Source of the DNA: Lama guanicoe
Lineage: Eukaryota
Length of the DNA: 64,000 nt
Assembly: GCA_013239625.1 (NCBI GenBank)
Contig: MU053934.1
Span: 6,652,399-6,716,398, forward strand
Direction of reading: 5' to 3'
The notes beneath the pieces were generated by a model. The model searched no databases. It was not told where the DNA came from and saw only the letters and a list, made by a program, of their open reading frames with translations. A program made the translations under genes and the position numbers. Below, one piece after another: positions 59,968-64,000 of this stretch (position 1 is its first letter; every line of letters begins with the position of its first letter).

Positions 59968-60099
59968 CAAAGCCAACTGCCTGGGATCAGTTTGGGCCCC
60001 GAGTTCCCCAGGAAGGTCCTCAATCCAACATTCTCTCCTGCATCTTCAAAACTGCCCTGTGCTAGCTCCTTCCCACCTCAATTTACACATGCTCAAGGT

Positions 60100-63000
60100 T
60101 CTCATATTTTTTTAAAATGTCTTCGCTTGACCCCTAGAGCTATTTTCCTTTCCTTTAACAGCCAAACTTGAGGGAGGTTTGACTCCAAACTTATTGTCTC
60201 TACTTCTTCACCTCACCTTCTCACCAATATGCAACCGTTGCTTTAGTCAGCCCCTCCCTACCCAACTGACACTTTGGCAATCTCTGCTACCGCCTCTAAC
60301 TGGAAACACTTTCCTCCCTCATGCCTTGCTCTCTGGGTTTTCCTCCTAACCTGTCTGATTGCATCCTCACCACTCTAAATGCTGCCCAGCTCCCTTAAAT
60401 GTTCACACTCCTCACAGTTTTTATGCTGACCCTCTGAGTGCTTGTTATTATTAGCAACAATAACATAACTGGAACATGGGGGTTGGGGGCTGGGGAGTGT
60501 CCAGAACTGCAAAACCTTCTAGGGGCTGGGTTCTGTTAAGTTTCTGTTACTGTGGGAGACAGCCATCACTAGGGCAGGAAAAAGGGAAGGAACCACTTCT
60601 CCACATATTGGCATTCCATGTTTACCCTGAGAGCAATCTCATCTACACCCAGGCTGGAACATATACATGCTAACCTCTAAGTCTTAGTCTACAGCTCAGT
60701 TCCCTTCTTCTAAATGTCAGTTCTGTGCCTCAAACTCTCGATGCCTTCCTTACAAGCATCTCAAACTTAAGTCCAAAATTAAATTCATCACTTTATACCC
60801 CATCCCAATCTTCTCATCCTCCACTGTTCTCTATTTCAATGAGTGGTACCCCACCACCCAGTTTCCAAGCTAGATAGAAGTCTTGACTCTCCTTGGCTCC
60901 TCCTCCTCCTCCCTCACAAATCCACCTCCTAGTAGACTTGTTCTCATCCCATCACCACCAGCCTCAATACCTTCACTTAGCCAATACATATGGCCAATAC
61001 ATTATGCGCCAAACACTGCTGCAGACGTTGAGTGGATAGCAGTGAACAAGCCAAACTTAATCCTAGAGGGAGGAGATAGGCAAACAAATAAATAAAAGGA
61101 TGAGATAATTTCAGATGGTGATAAAAGTTAGGAATAAAAGCAGGGTGATGTGATGGAACACTACTTTAGACAGTAAGGGCTAGAGAAAACCTTACAGAGA
61201 AGGAAATATTTAAACTGAACCTGAATGACAAACAGAAACTAGTCTCACACAGATTTGGGGGGCAGAGTGCTCCAGGCCAAGGGAGGAGCCAGGTGTAAAG
61301 GTCCTACGGCAGAAATGAGCTTGAGGGAAGGTTAAAGAGGCTGGAATTTAGGGAGCAAGGAGGCGGCCAGTCAAATGGGCTCAGGAGGAGGTAGCGGTCA
61401 GACAGATCCTCCTGGCCACCTGAAAGCAATGGAAAGCTCCTGGAGAGTTGTAGGAAGATAACTGATGTAATCCAATTTGAATTTTTAAAGATCACTTTAG
61501 CTGACAAGCGGAAAAAATGATCTGGGAAGGGAAAAAAAAATTGGGGGTTGGAAAACCAGTCAGGAGGCTAATAATACAGTAGTCCAGATAAGAGGGGACG
61601 TTGCCTGAGATGGGAGGGAACAAATTCAGGATTTATTTTGGATATCAAATGAACAGAACTTGTTGGGAGATTAAATGTTGGCCGGGGTGGGGGCAGGCAT
61701 GGAGAAATGTAGGACAATTCCTAGGTTGTTTTTAGGTATAATTTACATATAGCAAATGATTCAATCAGATTTGGTGAATGTCTATCAAGATTCAGAATAT
61801 GTCCATCACTCTAGAAAGTTCTCTCATGTCCCCTTCCCAGTGAACCTCCTTCCACCCAAGAAGTAACCACTGATCTGATTTTCAGTATCATAGACTACTT
61901 TTGCTTATTCTAGAATGTCTTATAAATGGGATAATCCATTATGTACTGTTTTGGGTCTGGCTTTTCATTCAGCATTAACATGTGTGGAATTTATCCTTAT
62001 TACATCTGTCAGCAGTCTGTTCCTCTTCATTGCTGAGTGGTCTTCCACTGTATGCATGTACCAGTTTGTTTACCCATTCTCCTGCTGGTGGACATCTGGA
62101 CTGTTTCCAGTCTTTGGCTATCATGAATAAAGCTCCTACAAACATTCTTGTTCAAGGCTTACTTGTGGACATATACTTTTATTTCTCTTGGATAAATAGC
62201 TAGAAATGGAACTGCTGGGTCACAGGGCAGACATATATTCAACTTTTCACAAAACTTTGAGTTTTCCAAAGTGTTCACATCATTTTATACTCTCATCAGC
62301 AGTATATCTGAGTTCTGGCTGCCTGACTCCTAGGTGTTTTGCTTGAGTAACTCTACCTATACCACAACCAAACTCATTTTTTCAGCACTTCAAATGTTTC
62401 TTTCTATATTTTCTTTTTCAGACCTTCGTAGATGCACTCCAAGGACACTTTTCCTCCTTAATCCCATCCCCTTTACTGTCGGTTTATTCATTCAACAAAT
62501 ATTCTGAGGGATGAGAAAAGGCTAGGTTGGGCACAGTGTTCTGGGCAAAGGAAGTAGTCTATAAAGAAGTCCCTGAGGTAGGAAAGAGCCTGCTGCCTCC
62601 AGGGGACAGAGAAAGTGAATGCGGCTGAAGACAGCAAGCAAAAGCAGCAGAGAGCCGGTCAGAGAGGTGGGCAGGGGCCAGGGCACTCAGAGCCTTGTGA
62701 GAAATGGGAAGGAGTTTGGATTTTCTTCTAAGTGCTGTGAGAAACCACTAAACAATTTTAAGTGGAGGAAAGACAGATGACTCTTGGCTGCTCTGGGCAA
62801 AGTGGAACAGAGGCAGATGGGTAGAAATTGGGGTGGGGGGTCATGCTAAGAGGCAATCACAGTATTCCAGGTAGGCGATGATGGTGGAGCTAGCAGAAGT
62901 CTGGCTGAAGATACCAATGTGGAGGTCATCAGCCTATGAACAATCACAAAAGCCTAGGGATATCTGAGAGCACTCAGGGAGAGTGCAGTGAAATAAAGAG
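60100..63000. mobile_element. Cluster of L2 fragments in both orientations
   Basis: gcatctcaaacttaagtccaaaatt..., gaatttttaaagatcactttagctg and ggaaggagtttggattttcttctaagtg. Confidence 0.6.
61730..62322 (-). mobile_element. Old L1 (L1MB/ME-like) 3' end inserted in L2
   Basis: aggtataatttacatatag...ggacatctggactgtttccagtctttggctatcatgaataaagct; flanking tcctaggt(t)gtttt repeat. Confidence 0.82.
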
Positions 63001-63309
63001 AGTCCAGAGAATGTCTATGGTCAAGCAGAAGAAGGAGAGGGATGAGCCACAGAGGCAGGAAGAGATAGCTAAGAGACAAGACAGGCACCTGGATGAGAAG
63101 CAAATGGTCCTCCTTTGAGAAGCCTCCTGTGATCTCTCAAGTCAGGATTATACATCTTGGTACACAAGTACTCTTCCATCAGAGCATTTCTGATAGCCCT
63201 GTTTAACTATCTTTCTCTACTGAGCAGATATCTGAGGATGTAAAATCAACCAGCCCTGCTCTAGTCCAGTGTCTTGGGACACAACACAATGTGGAATGTT
63301 TGTTTAATG

Positions 63310-63530
63310 GACAACTACCATTCACTGAGGGTTACTTATGGGTGGTGCACTCCACTATACACTTTTCCCATTTTAATTCCTTTTCCCACGGGCCCTGAGG
63401 AAGATATATCTCCTTTGTACAGATGAGGAAACTGTGGCTCAGGCAAAATGCTCAAGGTCACTCACTGCTAGTAAGTGATGGAGCCAAACCGAGGCCACAT
63501 GTCCTCCTTCACGTGCCCTGCTGCCTCCAC
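63310..63530. mobile_element. MIR SINE
   Basis: tacagatgaggaaactgtggctcagg...caaggtcactcactgctagtaagtgatggagcc. Confidence 0.8.
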
Positions 63531-64000
63531 AAACAGCTCATCACGTGGACTTTCTACGGTGAGAGTGTCTTTTCACATAACTGCAAAAAGGATGCAAAAT
63601 CTGCTCCCAGGCTAACTGGCCCACCAGAGAACTAAGTCAGGGTTATGTCCAAGGAAATAGCCCTGCCCAAGAATCCCTACTCTTGTCAGGAACAATAATC
63701 TCCAGGCTCCCAAAGTAATGCTTCAACTTAGGGTGCTTCAAAATGTAGAAGTGAAATCCTCCCTGAAGCAGGTCTAAAGGTGGAAAAACTGAGGACTGCT
63801 AGGGCTTTACCTCTTTTGAATTCCAGGACTCAATTTTCATAAGACCCAGAAATTTCTCCCTATATCTAAAGGGCCTAATTTGAACTTCACAACTAATACT
63901 GAATGCAGCAAAGAGCTTCTCCATGTCAACCATTCTGGACCAAGACATAATTAGGGTGCGAGTATGTCTCAATGGGGCCAAAGAAACCAACACTACATAT

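Overview
Mammalian genomic DNA, most likely a camelid: it carries Vic-1-like tRNA-derived SINEs and camelid-type L1 3' ends, both recognised from memory. The window lies inside the TCF20 (SPBP) gene, which is transcribed on the minus strand. The only exon I can support is the giant first coding exon (32157->26407, 5,751 nt; ATG at 32121; 1,905 codons). The remaining ~58 kb is intron dense with transposon relics (L1, L2, L3/CR1, MIR, MaLR/ERVL LTRs, hAT and Tigger MITEs, SINEs). I found no CpG-island promoter and none of the downstream PHD-finger exons, so these probably lie outside the window. No new biological system can be demonstrated. The best leads are: (1) the exon is 3n long and stop-free from acceptor to donor, so a back-spliced circle would carry an endless ORF; (2) a nested tandem duplication just past the donor creates an in-frame stop and three sense-strand ATTAAA hexamers; (3) an unexplained 68-bp dispersed intronic repeat sits next to a predicted hairpin; (4) a compound CAG/(GGGCAGCAGCAG)n tract looks expanded; (5) several nested insertions retain readable target-site duplications (TSDs). 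Repeat family names come from recalled consensus sequences, and boundaries of old repeats are approximate.
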